A stretch of DNA of 64,000 bases from an uncultured virus (IMG/VR IMGVR_UViG_3300044707_000881) (taxonomy: Duplodnaviria; Heunggongvirae; Uroviricota; Caudoviricetes). Positions 19,398-28,165 of this stretch are shown one piece after another; positions within the stretch are counted from its first letter, which is position 1, and every line of letters begins with the position of its first letter. Both the position numbers and the translations under genes were made by a program. Location of the stretch: the IMG/VR virus record IMGVR_UViG_3300044707_000881; one strand, given 5' to 3'. Under the pieces are notes generated by a model. It was given only the letters and a program-made list of their open reading frames with translations. It made no database searches and was not told where the DNA came from.

Positions 19398-20079
19398 CTT
19401 AAAAATTACAGCACATTTGGCGACATCTTTGGGTGCTTATGACAACTGGAGTCCATCGCTAGAAGGGATTTTAGTTTATAGGCTTTTAGAACAAAATAAT
19501 CTACTTTCACCTAATCCCACGCCAGATCAAGTAGCAGAAACCAAAGAGTTTATTGAGCAGAATTTACCACTAAAACAAGGTGTCATTAAGTCAGAGAAAT
19601 ATTGGTGCGTGAGTTCACCTTGCTATGTTTTGCAGGGTGAAGCTACAGACAAATATAGAAAACGATGGGATAATCACGAAAACAATTTAGACTGGGGTAA
19701 GCGTAAGCCCAAATTTTTAACAGGTGAAGGGGCGGAAAAATCCTATGATTTACCGCTTTACACAAGGTTAATTAATTCTATTTCTTGGTTTGCTGTAGGC
19801 GATAAAACGGCAATCAAAAATCTTTTGTCGTCTGTTACTCACATTCAGAAAAAGCGTAGTTACGGCAATGGTGAAGTCAGGGAATGGGAAATAGGGGTGA
19901 TTTACGATAATTACCATCTGTGGCGTGATAGTAAATTAATGCGTCCTATCCCTGTTAGATTACTTGATCAAAAAATAGATAATCCTCAGATGGTTTGGGG
20001 GTGGAGAAGTCCCGCTTGGTTAGCGGCAAACAAGGAGTTGTGCTATATGCCAAAGGATAACGTGATTTATGCTAAGTAA
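19390..20079 (+). CDS. csf3: Type IV Cas5 RAMP (Csf3)
   Basis: LKITAHL N-terminus; WFAVGD...THIQKKRSYGNGEVREWEI; MRPIP. Confidence 0.8.
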   Translation: MDNLKITAHLATSLGAYDNWSPSLEGILVYRLLEQNNLLSPNPTPDQVAETKEFIEQNLPLKQGVIKSEKYWCVSSPCYVLQGEATDKYRKRWDNHENNLDWGKRKPKFLTGEGAEKSYDLPLYTRLINSISWFAVGDKTAIKNLLSSVTHIQKKRSYGNGEVREWEIGVIYDNYHLWRDSKLMRPIPVRLLDQKIDNPQMVWGWRSPAWLAANKELCYMPKDNVIYAK

Positions 20080-20815
20080 CGGATCTGGCGTTCAATATCC
20101 CTGGTTAAAAAAGAAAATAACCAGGGCAAAAGACTTAATTAAAACATGGTTAGAGCAATGCGATTATCAGGTTTACGCTAGTGTGTCAGGTGGTAAAGAT
20201 AGCCTAGTGATGTCACATTTGATTAGGCAAGTTTACTCAGATTGTCCATTGGTCTGGGTAAATCAGGGAATGTTTGCTGAATGGGATGATTGCATTGAAT
20301 TATTAGAGTTTTTGAAAACTCAGGGGTGGAATATTATTGAACTTTGTCCAGTGCGTGATTTATGGCATTTGTATCTGGATTATGGCGTTCCCCTTGAAGG
20401 GACGATGGACACAAAAGCCGATAAATTGATAAATCAAAAACTGATTTATGACCCGCTTAATGAATACCAAGAATTGAATAATGTTAAGGGTTATGCGTGG
20501 GGAATACGTAAGCAAGAAAGCAAAAACCGCGCATTTTATCTCAACAAATATGGTGAAGTGCATACGCTCAAAAACGGGTTGATTTGTTGCTCACCCGTGG
20601 CATTTTGGACTACTCAAAATATCTGGGAATATATTGATATGCACTCGTTAAAATACCCTGCTATTTATGATGTTGATAGAATGACAGTTAGGAATGGATG
20701 CCCAATCGGTACAACAGGTGCTAACTGGGGAAGATTAGCAGAGTTAAGAAAGCATTACCCAGATATTTATAATCAATTTGCTACTAAATTTCCACAGGTA
20801 TCAACCTATGTCTAA
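20069..20815 (+). CDS. CysH-like PAPS reductase (type IV-B associated)
   Basis: SVSGGKDS, WGIRKQESKNR, PVAFWTTQNIWEYI. Confidence 0.88.
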   Translation: MLSNGSGVQYPWLKKKITRAKDLIKTWLEQCDYQVYASVSGGKDSLVMSHLIRQVYSDCPLVWVNQGMFAEWDDCIELLEFLKTQGWNIIELCPVRDLWHLYLDYGVPLEGTMDTKADKLINQKLIYDPLNEYQELNNVKGYAWGIRKQESKNRAFYLNKYGEVHTLKNGLICCSPVAFWTTQNIWEYIDMHSLKYPAIYDVDRMTVRNGCPIGTTGANWGRLAELRKHYPDIYNQFATKFPQVSTYV

Positions 20816-21560
20816 TTGCTACCTTTGCGCTAAACCCGGATCTAATGCTTTGGAATTATCCAATACATTCACGATGCACTCGTCAGCTAAATGTCCAGAG
20901 TCTAAAGTGCTATGCGATCGCTGTCACTCTACAATTTCCGGTAATCAAAAGCAGCTTTGGTACTGGAATGAAGGTAAAAATAAATGGTCAAAGCTGTGGG
21001 GACGTTCTTTGTCCAGGGTTTATCAGGGTGATAAGCTAATTGCGCCTGTCGTTGAAGGTGAATATACAGAAGGCAAGGATACTTTTTCAATAGTTAAAAA
21101 CTTGCTGACTAGGGTGGGAATTAGGCAATACTTGTTAAATCCACCTGAACCGCCTTTTACTATAGCCATAGCAGAATCGGGGCAAAAACATATTATCCCT
21201 TGGGCGTTAGAAGGTCAAAACAGAGATTTATTCCCTGTGCAATTTGAACTCGACACTATTTATATTGACAATAGATTTAGAGAATATTTGGAAATTTACG
21301 AACAATTGATGGGATTAGGTTTTAGTAAGTCTGAAATTGATTCTGGAGATTATCGAAGCGATCGCCTAATGAAAGTTTTTGATCAATATGGGGAACTTGA
21401 GGAACGGATAGCGCGTATTAGGGGAACGAGATTAATGCAATTAATTAGCTATGTTGCCCAAGTGCAAGACGCGCCGCCAATTACGGAAGTAGTGCAAATT
21501 CCCGTAATGCCTGTTTCACCAAAAACACTTGAGAAGCCACTGCAATTATCTTTGTTTTAG
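20808..21560 (+). CDS. csf1: Type IV large subunit (Csf1, Cas8-like Zn-finger protein)
   Basis: CYLC...TFT...C...CDRC; LLNPPEPPF...SGQKH; C-terminus QLSLF. Confidence 0.8.
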   Translation: MSNCYLCAKPGSNALELSNTFTMHSSAKCPESKVLCDRCHSTISGNQKQLWYWNEGKNKWSKLWGRSLSRVYQGDKLIAPVVEGEYTEGKDTFSIVKNLLTRVGIRQYLLNPPEPPFTIAIAESGQKHIIPWALEGQNRDLFPVQFELDTIYIDNRFREYLEIYEQLMGLGFSKSEIDSGDYRSDRLMKVFDQYGELEERIARIRGTRLMQLISYVAQVQDAPPITEVVQIPVMPVSPKTLEKPLQLSLF

Positions 21561-21578
21561 GCAAAAATAAAATCAAAA

Positions 21579-22063
21579 ATGTCCAAACTATTCATCCCCA
21601 ATTTCATCATTTACGCCACGCTCCCAACCATAGAAGCGACTTGTGGAGACTATGAAGTTGACCCGGAAACCGGAAACCCGATTGCAGTCAATACCACCCT
21701 GGAGATTAAGGCATGGATGCAAGGCTATGATCAGCTACGGCAGGGGCGAACCACGGCTAAACCGGAACATCCAAGCGTAGATTTTAACACCGTTTATTTG
21801 TCAGGTTATGCCGTCACACCTAAAGCCATACCCGCCCGGACATTGTTGGCGCGTGAAAAATATGGTGGTCTGGCTTGTTTAATGCCTTCAAGGGTAAAGA
21901 CGACGCGCCGATGGATTTTGTGGACTTATTGCCGTTTGCAGATGATATTAAAACTGGCAACAAACGGATAAGTTTCGCCACAGAAAAGGTCATTAAAAAG
22001 TTGGTCAAAGACGAATCTTTGCCAACTCAAATATTATCTATTTTGGGGATGTTGTTAGAATGA
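21579..22063 (+). pseudogene. Fused relic of connector gene N-terminus and tail-chaperone C-terminus
   Basis: 21579-~21835 resembles 14242 (FIPN, DPETGNP, AWM, GYAV); 21875-22063 resembles 55649 (DLLPF vs DFLPF). Confidence 0.6.
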
Positions 22064-22080
22064 TTTGTGTTATAATAGTC

Positions 22081-22157
22081 GCATATATTGAACTTTTATA
22101 ACACTGCTATCTTCGTCTTGGTTGTCAGGTTTCCCCGTCCCCTTGGATGGGGTTTTG
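22081..22157 (+). ncRNA. Candidate small RNA, copy 1
   Basis: Extended -10 TGTTATAAT (TATAAT at 22071); 5' 30 nt shared with copy 2; terminator hairpin plus TTTT. Confidence 0.55.
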
Positions 22158-22418
22158 TTGTTTACAGATGAAACGATCTTTTAGTGACGGAAATTCCTCT
22201 AGAAATTGTTCTAAATTTAACAACTGAAACTCATTTCTGAAATATGAATCTGGCACAGAATTAATGGCATTAGGGAAGGTTATTTTCCCATTTATGTCAA
22301 CAGAAGGATCGTTACAAGTTTGTTGTAGCTCAACTGTTCCGTCATCTGCTATTGCGCGAACAGAATAGTGAGTGCCATTGGTTTTAAGCCGAACGCCATA
22401 AGGATAATCTTGGTTCAT
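22125..22418 (-). CDS. Hypothetical protein
   Basis: 97-aa ORF. Confidence 0.5.
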   Translation of the reverse strand: MNQDYPYGVRLKTNGTHYSVRAIADDGTVELQQTCNDPSVDINGKITFPNAINSVPDSYFRNEFQLLNLEQFLEEFPSLKDRFICKQQNPIQGDGET

Positions 22419-22586
22419 CTTGGTTTTTGTTCTTTACTTCGTGAAATACCACACGCAAAATATTAACACTACCAACTAAATTACCTACTCACCAATTAAT
22501 CTTTGTCTAGCAGTTCCGAATACCAAATCAATCACCTCATCCAGTGAGTCGGGCGCGATGTATTCGTTGGTACTGTGACGTTAGGT

Positions 22587-22937
22587 TCATTGGTTTTGGT
22601 GTGCGACAAATAGCATAAGTCTGTTCTTTTCTGGGTTGATATTACAAGCTGCTAAATTCCTATTCCCCCAAATCAGAAGTAATCCTAATGGGAATTTGTC
22701 AGCAATATCGTGTGTGATAATTTCTGCGCTGTAAGCCGCTTTTGTAAATTCTATTACTTGTTGGTGAGATATAGAATCAGTTGATAATATGTCTCCTGCT
22801 TGGGTATCGTGGTGAATTTGGATGGTGTGATCGCCTATCAGGTACAGCCAAGCAAATACAGGTAATTTAGAATCAAGTTGCAAGTGGAATAACCACTCAT
22901 CAAGTCTTTTTTGGTTTTTGGTTCTTTGATCATTCAT
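22587..22937 (-). CDS. Hypothetical protein
   Basis: 116-aa ORF. Confidence 0.55.
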   Translation of the reverse strand: MNDQRTKNQKRLDEWLFHLQLDSKLPVFAWLYLIGDHTIQIHHDTQAGDILSTDSISHQQVIEFTKAAYSAEIITHDIADKFPLGLLLIWGNRNLAACNINPEKNRLMLFVAHQNQ

Positions 22938-23018
22938 GATTAATTTAGATAATTCTAGTAATACGTGATGGTAGTTTAAGACGTTGCTTGTTGTACTTAG
23001 GGTTTAATTGATAGATAC

Positions 23019-23210
23019 TTAATGATTCTTGATCACTACTTTGATGTTGCTATTTTTAAGCACGGATGAAACATAACAAAGCGCGGTATATAATGTTTTC
23101 CCAGAACCTTGATAAGCACCTGTTAATTCTGAGAAATTATCTATTCTACTTAAATATCCAGGCAACGCCCGTTTCTGCCAATCACGCAAGTATGTCTTGT
23201 TGGTAATCAT
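23019..23210 (-). pseudogene. Truncated SF2 helicase (Q motif and Walker A only)
   Basis: LRDWQKRAL...GAYQGSGKT, then stop at 63 aa. Confidence 0.6.
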
Positions 23211-23285
23211 TTTGTTATTGATTGTATGGATAAGGTTGAAAGTGCGATCGCCCCAAAAGAGACGACCGCGTGACGTACTATAGTC

Positions 23286-23368
23286 GCATATATTGAACTT
23301 TTATAACGCTGCTATTCCCCTCACTTGGTATTAGATGTCTCTCGCCCCATCCCCTTGGATGGGGTTTT
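23286..23368 (+). ncRNA. Candidate small RNA, copy 2
   Basis: TACTAT at 23276 with the same spacing as copy 1; same 5' block and terminator. Confidence 0.55.
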
Positions 23369-23457
23369 ATTTTGCACTAAAAATGTATTTAATATTTTCA
23401 GTGGCTTTACTCAATTCTCTTAATCGCTTATTCGCCTCTTTCGATGTCGTCATAACG

Positions 23458-24009
23458 CTAGTCCCACCGGAACAATCCGTTTAGTTTTATTAACGATTCA
23501 CTCCATGTATGTCCTAAATACATTCCTCTTCTTTTTTCGTGAACTATCAAATAATAACCGTCTATATTGCCTTTGCGAGTTGTCCATTGCAACCCTAACC
23601 ATTTATTCCAATTGAATCCATTCTCGTAGCTTCTACGCCGTATTTCCGTTGTTTCTGTCCCGTCAATTAAAATTACTATTGCGAGGCTGCCTAACATGAC
23701 TCTCACGCAGACAATACGCCACGAATCTTTGTAGTGTTCAAAATCTCCGCCTAAAATTGCTCTGCCATCAACAATCTCCGAATCAGTCATCGGAAGCCCT
23801 TGAGGTAAGTTACCCATAATTCCCACCATACCTATTGACGGGAACGGTCTAAGGAGACCATTCTTGTTATTAATTCGTAAATTATCAAGAATCCATTTAT
23901 TGACTATTCCTTCCCCTTCGGGAATCTCGCATTCATCAAAACTATTTTGTTTGTTCAATACTTCCCATCCCTTGCGCTTTTTTCCTTTCTTTGAATTGCT
24001 TGATTTCAT
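23458..24009 (-). CDS. Hypothetical protein
   Basis: 183-aa ORF. Confidence 0.55.
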   Translation of the reverse strand: MKSSNSKKGKKRKGWEVLNKQNSFDECEIPEGEGIVNKWILDNLRINNKNGLLRPFPSIGMVGIMGNLPQGLPMTDSEIVDGRAILGGDFEHYKDSWRIVCVRVMLGSLAIVILIDGTETTEIRRRSYENGFNWNKWLGLQWTTRKGNIDGYYLIVHEKRRGMYLGHTWSESLIKLNGLFRWD

Positions 24010-24158
24010 AATTATCCACCCAGTAAATTCTACAAGTTTCGCAAAAATCAGTATCTAGTCCAGGTATTTTATCGTGTGTGCATGGAGTTTTTATTGTTTT
24101 GCCTTCTTCAGTTTTCCATGAAATACTGCTAGTGATCATAGTAATTAATTATCAACAA

Positions 24159-24764
24159 CTACCTCACCACTGGGTATATTGAAATTGACTTAACCATTGC
24201 AATACCTTCGGATTCTTCCTGCTTTTTGCGCTCTTTAATCATCCTCTCGTCGTGTTCCAATTTACGAGAATATTGATAGGTGACACGCCTGCTAACCCAT
24301 GCGCTACAATCATTGGTTTTGATTTTCCCGTCGTTACCTTCAATCAGTGTTACTAGATTGGGCTTCAGTTCTTCTAGTTCCTGCTCTAGTGCCTTCTGAA
24401 TCAGCTTTATCTCTTTATACCGTGCGAGATATTGGCTTTTATCGTACCCTAAATCAATAATAGGTAATTCAGGGTCAACGTCGTTATTATTTAGCGGTGG
24501 GTTGAATTTTTGGATGTATTCATGTTCCCATTCTTCTAAATCATCCATATCATTCCATAGCAAATAGCAGATGTATTGCACATTGTTAGCGCGAAATTCA
24601 CTCTCTTGAAGACAGGGGATAAATTCTTCTTTTAGACTAAATGAAGTGCCGATATACCAGACACGATAAGCCGCGTCACAGGCAAAATATATGCCGGGTG
24701 AATCGGGTAGGTTTTGGGCGTTGTTCAGTGTTACTTTGGCGAGTTTTTTGATTGTTAGGTTCAT
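24159..24764 (-). CDS. GIY-YIG nuclease-family protein
   Basis: LPDSPGIY...VWYIG...E..YIQKFNPPLN. Confidence 0.8.
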   Translation of the reverse strand: MNLTIKKLAKVTLNNAQNLPDSPGIYFACDAAYRVWYIGTSFSLKEEFIPCLQESEFRANNVQYICYLLWNDMDDLEEWEHEYIQKFNPPLNNNDVDPELPIIDLGYDKSQYLARYKEIKLIQKALEQELEELKPNLVTLIEGNDGKIKTNDCSAWVSRRVTYQYSRKLEHDERMIKERKKQEESEGIAMVKSISIYPVVR

Positions 24765-24777
24765 TAGGTTTATTGCA

Positions 24778-25005
24778 CTAATCTAGATTATTTCTAACGT
24801 CGGTAAAATGTGGGTTAATTTTTAGATCATCTAGTTTCACCCATTGCCTTCTTAGACCTGATCTGCCTTGCGGGTGAATCTCGATAAATCTTGAATTTTT
24901 CCTCTTGTTTTTACTCCAGTCAATTTGAGTTATGATCGCTGGGTATTCATTCTGCCATGCAAGGACGTGGCGTGGTTTCAGTTCTCTTAATTCTTGCTCA
25001 GACAT
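24778..25005 (-). CDS. Hypothetical protein
   Basis: 75-aa ORF with RBS-like AGGA. Confidence 0.5.
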   Translation of the reverse strand: MSEQELRELKPRHVLAWQNEYPAIITQIDWSKNKRKNSRFIEIHPQGRSGLRRQWVKLDDLKINPHFTDVRNNLD

Positions 25006-25093
25006 AATAAATCTTTCCTATTCAATATTTGTTCAATATTTGCGATGTTTACGAAAGCGCGGTCGTCTCTTTTGGGGCGATCGCCTAAATTAA

Positions 25094-25780
25094 TTATTCA
25101 AATGAAGCTAACGCCATTTCTACTAATTGATCCGGCGTGGCTTGCGCGTGTAGTTTTGCTTTACGTTCCGCCATGCGTTCAAATAGTTCTATTGATTCCT
25201 GTTCCAGTTGGTTCATGTTATCTCGATTGCACTGGAAATGACGCTTATTAAACAGCCGTTCATTTACCTTGACCGTCCAATCTCGATAATTGTTAGGCGT
25301 GGGAGTTACGCCAAATAAAGCGGTGGAACGGTCGCGTAAAATGTCAGTCCAAAGCTTACGGGCTAATATTCGTTTCATCCGTAATGCCAAAAGCTTATTA
25401 CGTTCTGACTCTTCAACTTGTTTGCCGAACGCTTTATCAAATCGTCTTTCCAGTCCCTCTTCAAGAATGGCATCAACAAAAGCCCTGGCAACCAAGTTAC
25501 CTTGTTTGTCTAATTGCCGTATAAGCTTAGACAGATCGGAAAGTACGATTATGTTGACGGCTTTTGGGTGTAAGTCGCTTTTAACTTTTTGGTGGGATTG
25601 GAAAGCTATGCTACACAAGGATTCTAACTGTTTTATGCTTCTTCCTGATGGGATTAATTTTATGTCGGCTAGTTGGGGAATAGAGGCAACATAACTGCCG
25701 TCGGGCATCATCAAGCCATCAATCTTGGCAAATCCTAAATCAACTGTCGCAACAACAGCTTTTGAGGTATCATTAGACAT
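25094..25780 (-). CDS. Putative phage DNA-binding/antirepressor-like protein
   Basis: VDLGFAKIDGLMMPDGSY N-terminus resembles P63C-type phage regulators. Confidence 0.5.
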   Translation of the reverse strand: MSNDTSKAVVATVDLGFAKIDGLMMPDGSYVASIPQLADIKLIPSGRSIKQLESLCSIAFQSHQKVKSDLHPKAVNIIVLSDLSKLIRQLDKQGNLVARAFVDAILEEGLERRFDKAFGKQVEESERNKLLALRMKRILARKLWTDILRDRSTALFGVTPTPNNYRDWTVKVNERLFNKRHFQCNRDNMNQLEQESIELFERMAERKAKLHAQATPDQLVEMALASFE

Positions 25781-26002
25781 AGTTCACTAAGTGGTTAAGT
25801 AAAGTGGACTAACCATTGAAACCACCGGAATACCGCAAATATTCCTGCGTGGTATGGTTTAAATAATTATATCATGTTTTCAATAGTCTTATTAATTTTT
25901 CAATAACTTAGGATACAATATTATCCAGTCGCGTGATGGTGTTGGTAGCACCGATTCACCACTGGCTGTAGGTCTTGTACACCCACATTGATATTATTCC
26001 CA

Positions 26003-27871
26003 ATGAAAACTATTAAAATCAAGGTCAAACTTCTTGCTGAACAGGCGCAATCATGCGATCGCTACCTAGAAGAATTGACATGGCTATGGAATCAGGTATT
26101 GGCTAATCAATTGCATAACCATTGCATCACCTGGTACAACTGGGCTGGTAAGTTGAGCGCAGATTTAGCTAAGGCGACGGAAAAGTTAGAGAAGCTAAAA
26201 CCGGAACAACAGCAGCTTGTTAGGAACTACTACCGCAGCAAAGACAAGCCAAAACTCAACAAAAAAGAACAGGAATTAGTTGCCAAATTTGATATATTTT
26301 CCCGGTGGTTGCCGTTTGACTTAGAAAATATTATTCCCGTACCTTTGCGAGTTGGCAACAGTGGCTACGAGGGCTTATCGTGCCAGATTGCTACAGGCGG
26401 AAGTTACTGGAAACGGGACGATAATTTTAATATTCCCATTAAAACCAAAAAGGGGATTATTCACGTCAAAGGGTCTAAATTAGTTAAGGGTGATTACCCC
26501 TGGAAACGGATAGAGATAATCCCCCACAAATACAAAACTTTCCCCAGTGGTAAGTTTGAGGGGAGGGAATTAATAGATTTAATGAAGTTTGATAATTTGA
26601 ACGGGTTAAACGGGTTAAGAGCGATGCAAAACCTACCAGACTTAACCGTTTCATCTCACTACGTCGGAGGCTTGTTAGGGTTTTTCAAACAGTCATGGTT
26701 AGCATTTTTAGACCCCAAAAGGATAAACAGCAGGAAGCCAAAATTCAAAAAAGATGCTGATAAGATTAGCACTTTATTTAATAAGCAATGTCCACCAAAT
26801 AAGATAGACATAAAGAATAATTCAGTTGAAATTACTGGATTTGGCAATTTAATCGTTACTGATAGAAGTTGGGGGGAAAGACTGAACCTAGATAGCAGTC
26901 TTCCTCGGGCGTATATGCTAACCAAAAAAGCATCTGGCTACTATATCAATATTGTCCTTGCTCACCCATTGCAAGAAGAAAAAGCGGTTTTAACAAAGAA
27001 ATTACCCAAGGTTAAAAAGGAGCTTGGAGAAGACAGCCAAGAGTACGAAAATATTAAGTCTAAAATCAAGTTTATTGAACAGCAAATCAAGGATTCGTTA
27101 ATCGTAGTGGGAAAGAATTTAAGCGTAGGGATTGACCCTGGAGTACAGGCTATTGTGGCGACAGATCACGGGGCGTTATTCCTCCCAAATCTAAGCAGGG
27201 AAAGAGTGTCAATCCATATAGAGGAACTACAATCAAGGCTTGATAACCTTGAATTAATTAATGATAAAAAGTGGAAAGATTCAGGAAGCAAAGGTGCTAG
27301 ACCTAAGACAAAAAACGAGATTAAGATACAAGATAAAATTACCAGATTACATGAACGTGGGGCTAATTCTTCTAATGCCTTTAATCATAAAATGTCAACT
27401 AGATTAAGCAGGACTTACGAGCATATAGCATGGGAGGATACCCAGTTAACCAATCTCCTAAAACAAACAGAAGCTAAAGCATTGCCTGAAGGGGTGGGAT
27501 ATGCTCACAACGGCGCGTCTGCTAAACGGGGTTTAAATTGGATTATGAGACAAAGATGCTTGGGTGATTTAAAAGCTAAAACTAAGCAAAAAGTTGAGAA
27601 CAGAGGCGGTAGTTTTCATGAACCACCTGCTAACTACAGTTCTCAACTATGCCATTGTTGTCATCAGAAAGGTGAGCGATTATCACAGTATGAGTTTGTC
27701 TGCAAAAACTCTGAATGTGAGTTATTTGAACAGGTGCAACAAGCTGACACCAATGCGGCTAGGAATCACAAACATAATAGTAGTTTTGAACTAGGAGAAG
27801 TCAAATATCACAACACTAGATTGGTTTACCAAAAACCCAAGAGATTTAAAAAGAAACGCTTGACAAAGTAG
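26003..27871 (+). CDS. TnpB-derived compact type V (Cas12-like) RNA-guided nuclease
   Basis: MKTIKIK..L TnpB-like N-terminus; RuvC-I VGIDPG, RuvC-II IAWED, Zn finger CHCC..C...C, RuvC-III ADTNAARN; adjacent array. Confidence 0.88.
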   Translation: MKTIKIKVKLLAEQAQSCDRYLEELTWLWNQVLANQLHNHCITWYNWAGKLSADLAKATEKLEKLKPEQQQLVRNYYRSKDKPKLNKKEQELVAKFDIFSRWLPFDLENIIPVPLRVGNSGYEGLSCQIATGGSYWKRDDNFNIPIKTKKGIIHVKGSKLVKGDYPWKRIEIIPHKYKTFPSGKFEGRELIDLMKFDNLNGLNGLRAMQNLPDLTVSSHYVGGLLGFFKQSWLAFLDPKRINSRKPKFKKDADKISTLFNKQCPPNKIDIKNNSVEITGFGNLIVTDRSWGERLNLDSSLPRAYMLTKKASGYYINIVLAHPLQEEKAVLTKKLPKVKKELGEDSQEYENIKSKIKFIEQQIKDSLIVVGKNLSVGIDPGVQAIVATDHGALFLPNLSRERVSIHIEELQSRLDNLELINDKKWKDSGSKGARPKTKNEIKIQDKITRLHERGANSSNAFNHKMSTRLSRTYEHIAWEDTQLTNLLKQTEAKALPEGVGYAHNGASAKRGLNWIMRQRCLGDLKAKTKQKVENRGGSFHEPPANYSSQLCHCCHQKGERLSQYEFVCKNSECELFEQVQQADTNAARNHKHNSSFELGEVKYHNTRLVYQKPKRFKKKRLTK

Positions 27872-27888
27872 ATGGTTTTAGTTATTAT
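27860..27888 (+). promoter_or_regulatory. Promoter for tracrRNA-like RNA
   Basis: TTGACA-17-TATTAT overlapping the effector stop codon. Confidence 0.7.
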
Positions 27889-27894
27889 CAATTT

Positions 27895-28040
27895 ACCGCA
27901 GTTTGGACGGGATGACTGGTTCTGTCAGTCTATGACTTGATGATTTTACGATCAAAAAGTAAGGGAGATGGTGACTACTCCCATAGACCAGCCGGAACTA
28001 TGGCTGGCAATCCTCAGAAGGGATTAATCATTTTGCAATC
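27895..28040 (+). ncRNA. tracrRNA-like RNA
   Basis: Three hairpins followed by an anti-repeat at 28008-28038 complementary to the CRISPR repeat. Confidence 0.75.
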
Positions 28041-28165
28041 ATCGAAGCGGCGTGGCTAAAACAAACCCGCGCGCAAATCCAGAACCTAGACAAGCGAAGG
28101 GATTAGAGCTATCTTTGCAGAATATCAAAAGGGATTTAAGCGGCTGCAATGGACTTTTTGGATTC

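Noticed and set aside
20069..20815. cysH as a sulfur-assimilation auxiliary gene or part of a Dnd system
   Set aside because: It is embedded in the csf operon, and no other cys or dnd genes are in the window.
23019..23210. Helicase fragment as the type IV DinG
   Set aside because: Only 63 aa, on the opposite strand and not part of the operon.
26003..27871. Calling the effector Cas12k/CAST or a plain IS605 TnpB
   Set aside because: RuvC residues are intact and there is no tnsBC/tniQ; there is also no tnpA, and it has an array plus anti-repeat.
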